DNA of 64,000 bases from Patescibacteria group bacterium (GTDB lineage: Bacteria; Patescibacteriota; Patescibacteriia; 2-01-FULL-39-33): the NCBI GenBank assembly GCA_041671305.1, contig JBAZBX010000002.1:5193-69192 (forward strand). The letters are read 5' to 3'. Below the pieces are notes generated by a model that made no database searches, was not told the DNA's origin, and saw nothing but the letters and a program-made list of their open reading frames with translations. Numbering within the stretch: position 1 is the stretch's first letter; each line of letters begins with the position of its first letter. Of this stretch, positions 29,101 through 35,398 are shown piece by piece. The position numbers and the translations under genes are program-made.

Positions 29101-29756
29101 TTTTTCCAATTTATACTGGTTTGTATAGACAAGCTAAGAGTCGGACTTTTACATAAATCCACTCCATATCTTTGTCCCACCTGATCAATAAAATCTCCCA
29201 AAGCGCTGTCCCCCAAATTCTGCAAATACGCTCCCCAACCCTCTGTGATAAATAATGGTTTTTGTCCCTTACCACCGGAAGCAATCCAAGTCGCCGTGTC
29301 AGCCGCTAACTGCTGAGACATCAGAGAGAGAGATGATTTAAAGGCGGAAGCGAGAGCCACTCTTCTGGTTTCTTTTTTCAAGTCATCAGAAACTTTTTTG
29401 GCATATTCTTTCCATTGGCTACGATTCGTCAAATCGGCATTATTCTTTTGGGCTTCATCTATACAAGCCATTTGTGCTTGCGTGGCCGCTAACTGAGCCT
29501 GTCCGCAATCCGTGGGAGAGGCGCAAGGCTTAGCCACAATGCTTTGGCATTTTGCCACAGCCGCCGAAGCCGCCTTATCCGCCTGATCCGGCAAACCGAC
29601 TTCTCCGCTGTTTCCAGCTGAAAACCAGTCAGCAGATTGGTCGGCGATATCTGCTTCCGCTCTTGCCATTATTGGAAACGCGGACAAAGTAAAAAACATC
29701 AACAACGCAAAAATAGCTACCGAAAAATAAATTTTATTGTGAAAATTAAACTTCAT
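20112..29756 (-). CDS. Giant (3214 aa) cysteine-rich exported protein with carbohydrate-binding-module-like (CBM4/9, ConA-like) domains
   Basis: One uninterrupted 9.6 kb ORF. N-terminal signal/anchor IYFSVAIFALLMFFTLSAFPIMA. More than 150 Cys, with a recurring module GCxx(Y/F) (GCRAYTGNTG, GCSAYKDRLG, GCTSYGLP, GCNEYVDPL, GCSQFIRT, GCDEFTNL, GCRWYSNLF...). NGGFE/NGDFE motifs (YNGGFEFSLDGGW, VNGDFEMTFGE) and the YFDNFEF/YFDDIQLEEV strand ends are typical of CBM_4_9 domains. Confidence 0.6.
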   Translation of the reverse strand: MKFNFHNKIYFSVAIFALLMFFTLSAFPIMARAEADIADQSADWFSAGNSGEVGLPDQADKAASAAVAKCQSIVAKPCASPTDCGQAQLAATQAQMACIDEAQKNNADLTNRSQWKEYAKKVSDDLKKETRRVALASAFKSSLSLMSQQLAADTATWIASGGKGQKPLFITEGWGAYLQNLGDSALGDFIDQVGQRYGVDLCKSPTLSLSIQTSINWKKPRQVRCTFSKMMTNWNTAITNPNFAFEYNNSLNEGENDISVYLKLSGESIAYVADKIKVGEKVVDPTGWKSVTDFANKVLTPGDVVKDMLPAVTEKSTLAEEVFTGTIVDFVNTFAQTLVGQLLNNFKSGLFTSGSSGNNNNSFLSGLPLPDLSSLLNPDAQPYSEGAAGAEARFNKLKQSEYAIGGPYDILSKLMTCPDDAKNNPGPTDCVIDQAFSSYIKDKKQVWQVGDDFKNRLFVPNNANSQNYTTAITYRTILILRKYRIVPIGWEIAANYLKDSKENITLGDIMDQFDKSGSKFYGLVDPYWVFKAPEVYCRRQGYGDHNTFQNSQEGTMNRDQYCADEQQCIKENADGSCSSYGYCTEERRFWNFGTTCDSRNNTCQTFKSRQGSAQSYLSNSLDYRDCNSQNAGCRWYSNLFDPISKIWRSLAPDLVAGICNDPSGCTATPNLNISESHLVSDLSSTANIVTMASACSPTSCTGDNHCTYNSSTKTCSFEGSCTIPYGASSCNLENCLETADVLSSLNQNFNQKATNSFLPQFWLEELSSMDAYTRDYWDSNKGKDNSAVLVVTANNAPQTAAPNSEIITLKDIQVDATSTYQFKFSARADYFSAGEVDVQIYRDNQLAINLPLTSIGAGWNDYYMYFDADNYATATIKIITKAGTTAKAYFDNFEFKKQIEDCKQNSVSLNMPAVSNTSADIYFNRNVQTCDGSNDGCSQFIRTKAGLGSNLFYNGGFEFSLDGGWASDAGTGAVASTFIHSGTHSLGLQCTSSGSCAEKLTQASHNAILEKGKKYILSGWVYLPSTANSSIGLYQGENSIVSASANANITNSWQRLSKSFTVGQDAFMSSDYNFDLKLGSNYAGGNIYFDDIQLEEVTYNIETPSDYSEYNPSYRPSSQLAYLKKAPDYYNCYKSSTTGAWADYTNINSVLQNRNTLCSKYAPVCTADEVDCELYTPTNGDPAVPGVAETLDVCPGECVGYQVYKQEETDFTSSKYNQFIADSVPKYCSADLAGCDEFTNLDDLSKGAENREYYVNFQVCEKPGINDGTYYTWEGDDTAGYQLKVYKLKKSNILASNKPCTDLAYSTSTGSVGQPLCVDNTDESLDDGYCAQEDMAVNPDCREFYDATGAKSYRLLSQTITISDNCHPYRRTLTQTNNIDSAKDCVSHNGFWNGNNECIYMAIPGEGKTCSAEMKGCRAYTGNTGNNVRNILNSNFDLTTSSALWLYDQGVNSNATATLSNVSTFVGGHSLTNPNTASTSTLKHLVNISQNKTYVLSFWAKGNVSFAFNSIKFGSAGSVNDFFAMAKVDNSNLSLSRAQVSSEWRKYDLGPVFVHWNLDSSAEQYLEFNIPQGVNIYLNNIILKEVQNSVYLVENSWYTPFSCDNNLGDGNGQTLYNNPTATQTCADTTAGVDNHRCVPGNMLGCSAYKDRLGNVAYLKSFAKLCRAEAAGCEKLVDTHNYDYPGGEIFNSDPATSSISVPAYNTVYLVADSKYSCSSKEMGCTSYGLPIINKYDEVTGYSTAYLKNLPERYKTDICKFNELWCEEYAGQNSFSYFKDPHGKVCEYVKGAGSTGSWVQQGTSIPCITTANQTFGTGYENQSSKIQPIGIVDNVTGVERTDYQGWAGICQGAQSGCNEYVDPLTNVYTKLKIKSDNTVSIKTNTLYNSDSAISLLSSCSGATLIIDPFQQSSKIDSRLFYVSSAENKDCAVGVSSSTSQVTLAGVYYKLSSSVNSGSCNGQVNFRTGCVLVNDRGQIDYSATSTGDRFWKNLIFDSQLTYNADLTSSVAGGGVSPIAGIQTNNANMIVSAGADRTCSNWLTCNTYQKSKNDSQFNFTENDKCLDISMCQSFADDGSCNRQVNSSSTVATYSPEIDKNKTGYVMTNPLVSEVDSKVSGTINYPYDAMNQLGGTSEVVNGDFEMTFGESSDPIGWVPGSLACSSTPAKACQSVKPKMNSITWNSSLFKVVSDPQKAESGGSYLQLNSGNIVISENIGVEDDTPYYLSFWVNTTNIAGSGDGTNLPYAEVRYLFLNGEGNALERNSNGSYNIITINSGPQLFGPKWESADTLKINQGTPWKHVVYRVTPPSGATSMKIALFSLAPSLEKGFDNTKLGGYTMWDNIGVNTILDTDGTEVSQIARTCRVYPEADAPGCRYNKDNTQYYGQYGYCILKDPAINSQQCLQWWPVDNIAGESVNDYSPYYQERMPLYYCVSKAEKKMNFSNFTLNANAANLGKYASVMDLVESHTGQEVKFYPFSDVPASMRTLLRYPNVYRFFYSGLYVGFDKKNFFPMPLFVFMKPYESFGIAGELPFYFGTNAPEAESMYSAENLAASCTNNGGSSCGVCAGGISSGETTPCNPLTNYRENTSVVDIHLNSERGSKECPKIFDLNGNNYEECLPLSRTFCGIGDSGSECQQDDSCNDFELANTCNYLASHNDYDSSGFLIIKDKSLWGSITTALEDIGKFIMSPFTMTQDDYWGGWGMFGFNIAKFPVAFGLPWHTLSALKDMSGIVSGLIEWINDETVAIGYVAFKIVTDTDPNYSGQASDPHPDVQGDILGYAFGSGGTAASDKAYASGVIGGISSNGFTAGYCDKVVQVVDSSGQQKAYSARTSPGSSYKTNDTDCVVNALYGDMFETVADGLSLFSNSNMSSCTDAGCGGGLSEYVVGNPNQCFDHSMYCLRLNGSTPRNYCGNYVGLTNSNTLGLKCCGNSVSDEKLNNSFSSVCNSDGSLNSNYFCSGGTYIYANIYHYNRYNYNTDQNPFASIIAPITGQYPNEWDSKDDVPYNQPLFYEENMSKTDIGQSRMGQVHDVDELKKLFAKSYGVWEWRANKDGSPIEGGYYSLVSSMDWSVPTENCGGISKREAHEASTTLSTSARMCFNYPEIKHVTTTNLLATTTDPAELRKVKSNSPIKLEFTAEIDPEQLPIRAYSVSWGDDTTTTFSGTALLSRPNPSDPFVLYHYYGDIAGTGNIIIKVKDNWNYEGAKTWNTETGSLN

Positions 29757-29779
29757 TAATATTTAACTTATATCGTAGC

Positions 29780-30697
29780 TCACTTAACCGTGGAAGTAGC
29801 CGTTGAATTTAATTTATCTATAAACATCTGTTTTAATTCGTCATCAGAAATGGAATCTAGCAGGGTCTTGGGCGCGCCGTTTTTGATCATTAATTCTTTG
29901 ATCTGAGCGCCAGTCAAATTTTTGAGATCATCTATTGAACTTATATTTAATCCTGAGGTATCCAGAGTTTTTGATCCGGTGGAAGTACTAACTGCCGTTG
30001 GAACAGAAACCCCATTGGAAGTTATCTGACTAGCCAAATCGGGATTTTCACTCAAAACTTCCTGATAACCATTCAAAATATCCTGATCAGTCATAGCATC
30101 TACCTCGGCCTGAGTTAATCCGCTCTGAACCAAAATTTTTCTAATATCGGAAATATTAATCTGCGGAGTTGACTGCGTAGGAGGACTAGCCTGAAAAGTG
30201 GGAACTGTTCCTGCCGAAGAAGTGGAGACGCTGGAGCCATTACCAAAGCAAGTTTTGCCTTCCGGACAATTCGGATCTGTGCCCTGTTTAACTTCCTGGC
30301 CATCATTTATGCCATCGCCATCGCTATCGGTCAAGTACGGACTGGTATTATAGACGTAGGATTCATCATAATCCGAAAGCCCATCACTGTCCGTATCCTG
30401 AGCTTTTAAGGCATTAATCGCCTCTTGTTGAGGATCAGTTTCAGTGGAAAGAGCAGAATTTCCCTTCACCAAAAAGCTAAACGGATTATTGATATTGCTG
30501 GCCAGTTGATAATACCCGAAAAACAAAGCAAAGACGCAAACAACCAAAATAACAACGGAATTTACCCTTTCCCTTTTTCTAATACTGTTTAAATTGTTTA
30601 TCTTATCATCCGAAATGTTACTTTTGCCATATGTATTTTGATTCCTGAGATTATTTGTGGCAAAATCATTTCTCTTGGATGGCCTGTCACCTTCCAT
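29780..30697 (-). CDS. Membrane-anchored protein with thrombospondin-type-3-like Ca-binding repeats, first gene of the operon
   Basis: TM segment VVILVVCVFALFFGYYQL. DTDSDGLSDYDE and DSDGDGINDGQEVKQGTDPNCPEG (DxDxDG...C motifs as in TSP3/OmpA-like repeats). C-terminal duplicated module of about 35 aa (LTQAEVDAMTDQDIL / LTGAQIKELMIKNGAP...DDELKQMF). Confidence 0.4.
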   Translation of the reverse strand: MEGDRPSKRNDFATNNLRNQNTYGKSNISDDKINNLNSIRKRERVNSVVILVVCVFALFFGYYQLASNINNPFSFLVKGNSALSTETDPQQEAINALKAQDTDSDGLSDYDESYVYNTSPYLTDSDGDGINDGQEVKQGTDPNCPEGKTCFGNGSSVSTSSAGTVPTFQASPPTQSTPQINISDIRKILVQSGLTQAEVDAMTDQDILNGYQEVLSENPDLASQITSNGVSVPTAVSTSTGSKTLDTSGLNISSIDDLKNLTGAQIKELMIKNGAPKTLLDSISDDELKQMFIDKLNSTATSTVK

Positions 30698-30791
30698 GGG
30701 CTGTGGATAAAAGTTTATTACTTAAATTATACCACAAAAAAATATTTTTTACTATTATATTATGACAGAAATAAGAATTAATTATCAATTC

Positions 30792-31634
30792 CTAATTTTT
30801 GGATTGCTCGCCATAATTTAAAATGTTTGCCAACCGTATCCAATTTTCCACACTAAGATCCTGCGCCCTTATCTTTTCGTCAAATCCACAAGTTTTTATG
30901 GCTTCCTTGGCTTCAACACTTGAAATTTTGAGTCCCACCGAAAGATTGTTGTGAAGCTGTTTGCGTCTGGAAGAAAACCCTATTTTGGCCATCCGAAAAA
31001 ATAACTTGCTATCAATTTTCGGTAATTTTTCTTTTAATTTTAGACGAATAACCGCAGAATCTACCTTGGGAGCGGGCCAAAAGCTATTTCTTTTCACTTG
31101 GAAAACAATTTCCGCCTCACTATAAAACTGCGCGGACAAAGAGAGCAAAGACATCTCGCCCGCTGGCGCCACAATACGCTCTGCCACCTCATATTGGACC
31201 ATAAGTATCATTTCTGACGGCTTAGGCTCCTGTTCCAAGAATAATCGTAAGAATTTAGAAGTAATATTATAAGGCAAATTCGCTACCACTTTGTAGCCAA
31301 AATTTTCCAGTCCGGCCTCGGATTTATTTAAACGCAAAATATCTTTTTCTATCAATTCAAATTTACTATCTTTTCCAAATTCAGCTTGCAAAAAATCGCA
31401 AGCATTCCTGTCCAATTCTATCGCGAGTAATTTACCAGATACTTTTAGCAGTTCCCCGGTCAAAACACCGACTCCGGGGCCAACTTCCATTACCGTGTCG
31501 CCTGAGTTAATGTTTGAGGCGATGATAATTTTACTGACCACATCCGTATCAATTAGAAAATTTTGCCCCTTGCTTTTGGAAGGGACGATTCCATATTTCG
31601 CGCAGATTGATTTTATTTGAGTTTCCGAAAGCAT
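30792..31634 (-). CDS. rsmA: 16S rRNA (adenine1518/1519-N6)-dimethyltransferase RsmA/KsgA
   Basis: SKGQNFLID motif. SAM-binding VMEVGPGVGVLT. NLPYNITS (motif IV). Confidence 0.85.
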   Translation of the reverse strand: MLSETQIKSICAKYGIVPSKSKGQNFLIDTDVVSKIIIASNINSGDTVMEVGPGVGVLTGELLKVSGKLLAIELDRNACDFLQAEFGKDSKFELIEKDILRLNKSEAGLENFGYKVVANLPYNITSKFLRLFLEQEPKPSEMILMVQYEVAERIVAPAGEMSLLSLSAQFYSEAEIVFQVKRNSFWPAPKVDSAVIRLKLKEKLPKIDSKLFFRMAKIGFSSRRKQLHNNLSVGLKISSVEAKEAIKTCGFDEKIRAQDLSVENWIRLANILNYGEQSKN

Positions 31635-31688
31635 AGCTTTATATATTTAACATAATTAATTTACAATACTTAAAAATTGAAAATTTAA

Positions 31689-32750
31689 TCATTGTTTGAA
31701 AATTGGAAATTGATGATTGAAAATTCTCCCCCTCCCCCACAACCAAAACTTAGCGCCATATACCAAGAACAGAATCAAGGTAAAAACATCAACAAAATAC
31801 AAAAATATACTATTCAGACGAAAGTTCAAAAAAACAGAAAAAATATTAAATACTATCAAATGATGAAAAATATATACAAACAAGGCACTTTGACCCAGTT
31901 TTTCCAGCCAAAAACTGGCTCTGCCCAACTTATTGGCGGAAAAATAACTGAAACTCAATATAAGCAGAATAGCGCCTACAATCCAAATGGAAGTAATAAT
32001 TCCGGGAATCCAGCAATGATTGAGCGCATAATCATTTTCAAAACTGATCAGAGGAACACGAAAAATAACTGAACGCGCCAAAACCAACACCAGAGCAGAA
32101 ACAACCAAGCCAAATCCCCAATTAAACACCTGAACAAAAAATGTTTTCAACTTATCTGGATCACTACTATAATCCACAAAATATTTTCCCAAAATCAAGC
32201 CGAAAAGAACTAAGCTGAAATACGGCCACAACGGAAATTCTTTGAAAAATATTTCTCCTATCCAAAAATGCCCGTTCAACCAAGCTGAAAATGGTTGGAA
32301 TAGCAACCAAAAACTTATTGGCAGAAGACATGCCAAGCCGATGAGATATTTAATCGCTCTCTTAAATTGTAATAAATACAAAATAGGCAGAGACACGATT
32401 ATACTAGCGCCAATCGCCTGGAGCACCTTACCTCCCCAGATATCGCCAAATCCGAAAACAATCAGACTAAACACATAACCAATTACCATGACACCAAAAC
32501 CTCTTATCAGATATTTAGAGACGATTTGCCAATTGGTTTTGGATTTTAAATTTTTTTGATAAGAAATGACCAGGCAAAAGCCAACCACAAATAGGAACAA
32601 CGGCGCGGCCAAAGTGACCGTGGAATAAATCATATGATAGCTGAAGAATGACAAACTCTTGTCCAGCCACCATCTGGCGGTATGGTTTAAAACCATAAAT
32701 AATATGGCCAATCCCCGCAGTATGTCTATAAATTTGTATCGTGAGGCCAT
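31689..32750 (-). CDS. Polytopic membrane protein, acyltransferase-3/DUF1624-like
   Basis: About 10 TM helices. The N-terminal FIDILRGLAILFMVLNH motif resembles acyltransferase_3/DUF1624 membrane acyltransferases. Confidence 0.4.
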   Translation of the reverse strand: MASRYKFIDILRGLAILFMVLNHTARWWLDKSLSFFSYHMIYSTVTLAAPLFLFVVGFCLVISYQKNLKSKTNWQIVSKYLIRGFGVMVIGYVFSLIVFGFGDIWGGKVLQAIGASIIVSLPILYLLQFKRAIKYLIGLACLLPISFWLLFQPFSAWLNGHFWIGEIFFKEFPLWPYFSLVLFGLILGKYFVDYSSDPDKLKTFFVQVFNWGFGLVVSALVLVLARSVIFRVPLISFENDYALNHCWIPGIITSIWIVGAILLILSFSYFSANKLGRASFWLEKLGQSALFVYIFHHLIVFNIFSVFLNFRLNSIFLYFVDVFTLILFLVYGAKFWLWGRGRIFNHQFPIFKQ

Positions 32751-32752
32751 AA

Positions 32753-33937
32753 TTATCTAAACAATAAATAAAGCAGGGACATCAGACCGGCAACAATAAA
32801 TATAGCTCCCCAAAAAGGCATAAATAACTGCACCAGAATTAAACATAAGATAATGGCAATAATTTTTCCAATTACGAGCGACATTTCAAAAAATGTTACT
32901 CCTTCCATGACTGAATTATCTTGGGCTCTTTCGTAGGTAGTGGCCGTAATCGGAATAGCAATGGCTTGTTTGGATAATCTGGAAGCTGTATCCAAAAGCA
33001 AAACGCCCCCAACCGAAGAGATTAACGCCCTAAGCATCCACACAAAACAATAAGCTATTTCTCCTAGTTTCAAAAGCGCGTCATGACCATTTTTGTCAGT
33101 TAACTTTCCAATATACAGATAAACTAGCAAGGTGATCAATGTTGCCAATCCCGTGATTACGCCCAGACTCAAAAAATCTTTAATTACTACAAACATAAAT
33201 ATAGGCCATACCACCAAAACTACAAATTCTTCTCCATAGCCCAAAAGAGGAAGAAATCTTCTAAAATTTTCACGCGCGAATAAACGCTTAAAAGCTCCCT
33301 TATAATCAAATGATCCCGGAACCAGATTTTCCTTGGTGACCAGCATGGGCACATTGGACAAAATCATAATTATGGCAGCGAAAATAAACAAAATTTTGAA
33401 ACCATAAAACTGCAAAATCATGCCTCCCACGACCGGGCCAGCCACATAAACCAAGGCCTCCAAAATGATGAGATTTCCGACTTCCCTTCCCTGCTCTCCA
33501 TCCACTGAAAATTTGGCGAAATCCGCATGATAAGCCGGCCAATAAAACATCTTCCAAAGTACATATAGGATTATGGCCACAAAAATTAAACCAATATATT
33601 TGGAAGCTCCAAAAAGACAGAGATAAAATAGAGCCGTGAAGACACAGCCCAAGGCGATGGAAATTTCATAACCAAATTTTTTAGCAAACTTCGCCCCCAA
33701 AGGTACGCAAAACAAATAAGCAATATAAACTGCCAGATAAAACAAAAGGATAAGAGAAACGGTCAGGCGCAAATCATATTTTTTGATAAACAAAGTAAAG
33801 AGGAATACCGGCTCAAAAATACTGACCATAGCAATGGCAAAATTCAAAATAATCGTAGCCGAATAAAGCTCCCTCACCTGCCTCCTCATACGGCAAGGCA
33901 AAAAAGAAACCACTAGTGATTTTATTTTATTATCCAT
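32753..33937 (-). CDS. MFS-type transporter (putative)
   Basis: 394 aa with about 12 predicted TM helices and a central cytoplasmic loop. MFS-like organisation. Confidence 0.45.
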   Translation of the reverse strand: MDNKIKSLVVSFLPCRMRRQVRELYSATIILNFAIAMVSIFEPVFLFTLFIKKYDLRLTVSLILLFYLAVYIAYLFCVPLGAKFAKKFGYEISIALGCVFTALFYLCLFGASKYIGLIFVAIILYVLWKMFYWPAYHADFAKFSVDGEQGREVGNLIILEALVYVAGPVVGGMILQFYGFKILFIFAAIIMILSNVPMLVTKENLVPGSFDYKGAFKRLFARENFRRFLPLLGYGEEFVVLVVWPIFMFVVIKDFLSLGVITGLATLITLLVYLYIGKLTDKNGHDALLKLGEIAYCFVWMLRALISSVGGVLLLDTASRLSKQAIAIPITATTYERAQDNSVMEGVTFFEMSLVIGKIIAIILCLILVQLFMPFWGAIFIVAGLMSLLYLLFR

Positions 33938-33941
33938 GATA

Positions 33942-34949
33942 TTATTTACGTCTCAAAATTTTCTTGATAATTCTATAATAAAGATAACCGAAAGCATCAA
34001 CAGAAATATTCCAAGCCCCAACATATTCTGTCAATTCGGTTTGCGGAGCAAAGCCTACCTTGAAGCGGGTTACTCCCGGCCACTTCGCCTCATTGGCTCC
34101 GCCAAAATCATAATGTTCACACCACCTGAATTTACCCATGGTAATTCCTTCCCACTGCAGAAGATACGGCACCATCTTGTCGCGATACTCGTGATCCGAA
34201 GCGCCGTGGAGATAAATACACCATTTGCCAAAGATGATCATAATATTAGCCGCCACGACTTTTTCTTCATATTTGGCTACTATTAATCGTAATATTCCCG
34301 CCTCGCCAAGAACTTTGACCATTTCCTGATAATATTTTTTTGAATGGGATTTAATATGATCACGTTTAGCCGTTTTCTGGGTTAATTTCCAAAAATCTTG
34401 AAAATAGCTGGCTCCTTCATCAATCTGTATGCAATGCTTCTGAGCCACTTTGATATTGTAACGGGTCTTGGATTTCATCTGTGCCATAATCTTTTCATCA
34501 TCCTGAGTCAAATCCATAACCAAACTACTCTTTGGTTGGACTTCTCCCGCAAAATCAAACCCTAAATTTTTCAAAATATTTCTAGTCTCCGGCGTATCCG
34601 GCCAGGGCGGATCCATTTTGACAAAAACCGCGCCATTTTTCTTGGCTAATTTTTTGGCTTCTCTAATTAATAATCTAAACTCCGGCGCATCAGCTTCCGT
34701 TATTCCCACCGGACCACGCGGAGCATAAAAATAGCATTTGCCCAATGGCAAGTCATATTTAATCAGTTGAATTACAGCTCTAAAAATTCCTTCATCACTG
34801 GTAAGCGCCAATCTCACGACGGGTCTACCCACGGTCGCTTGAAATTCTCCCCATTGCCAAGATTGCAAAAATCCCCCATCAGGGGCATTTTGCTTGACGA
34901 AATCATCCCAAATTTCACTCCAAGAATTGTCACAAATGATGAGTTTCAT
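33942..34949 (-). CDS. FemAB-family aminoacyltransferase (peptidoglycan interpeptide-bridge formation, FemX/MurM-like)
   Basis: N-terminal FLQSWQWGEFQ block, characteristic of the FemAB family. GNAT-like duplicated fold, about 335 aa. Clustered with a membrane acyltransferase and a transporter. Confidence 0.6.
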   Translation of the reverse strand: MKLIICDNSWSEIWDDFVKQNAPDGGFLQSWQWGEFQATVGRPVVRLALTSDEGIFRAVIQLIKYDLPLGKCYFYAPRGPVGITEADAPEFRLLIREAKKLAKKNGAVFVKMDPPWPDTPETRNILKNLGFDFAGEVQPKSSLVMDLTQDDEKIMAQMKSKTRYNIKVAQKHCIQIDEGASYFQDFWKLTQKTAKRDHIKSHSKKYYQEMVKVLGEAGILRLIVAKYEEKVVAANIMIIFGKWCIYLHGASDHEYRDKMVPYLLQWEGITMGKFRWCEHYDFGGANEAKWPGVTRFKVGFAPQTELTEYVGAWNISVDAFGYLYYRIIKKILRRK

Positions 34950-35062
34950 AAATACCTCGTTAAAACGTTATTATATTGTGATTATATCAGAAAAATAAGG
35001 ATAAAAAAAGCGTCGCAGCTGCTGGATGGCCACGGCGACGGGAACTGAAAATTTGATTACGC

Positions 35063-35311
35063 TCAGGGCAAGACCTCCGCCTTGAAGTGAATGGACTTAC
35101 CACCATCGGGACGAATCGTTTCAAACGTCCTGATCCGAAACTTGATACCACCCTTGAATTCAATATCTTGAACCCCGATTTCTCTGGTTTGGGATTCCGA
35201 CTGAATCGCTTTGATGGTCGTGACCACAGGTTGTTGTCCATGTGAGCCATGACAACATCCCGCCACCAACAAAACCATCAACCCCGCCATGACCAATGAC
35301 ATAATACGCAT
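35063..35311 (-). CDS. Small lipoprotein (hypothetical) within a GC-rich island
   Basis: MRIMSLVMAGLMVLLVAGCC has a lipobox (LVAGC). About 83 aa. Local GC content is clearly higher (about 48%) than the surrounding sequence. Confidence 0.4.
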   Translation of the reverse strand: MRIMSLVMAGLMVLLVAGCCHGSHGQQPVVTTIKAIQSESQTREIGVQDIEFKGGIKFRIRTFETIRPDGGKSIHFKAEVLP

Positions 35312-35398
35312 CGTCTTTTCCTTTCGATTGTGTTGTGGTTGATACCAAAAATCAAGAATGTAGCATATCAAAATATAATGTTTATGTCAAGGAAGATT

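Noticed and set aside
20112-29756. Many 60-110-aa ORFs on both strands inside the giant gene and other long genes (for example 20714-20917, 21441-21770, 25410-25703, and 36603-37393 within leuS)
   Set aside because: They are embedded in or antisense to long, well-supported CDSs and lack independent support. They are treated as frame noise.
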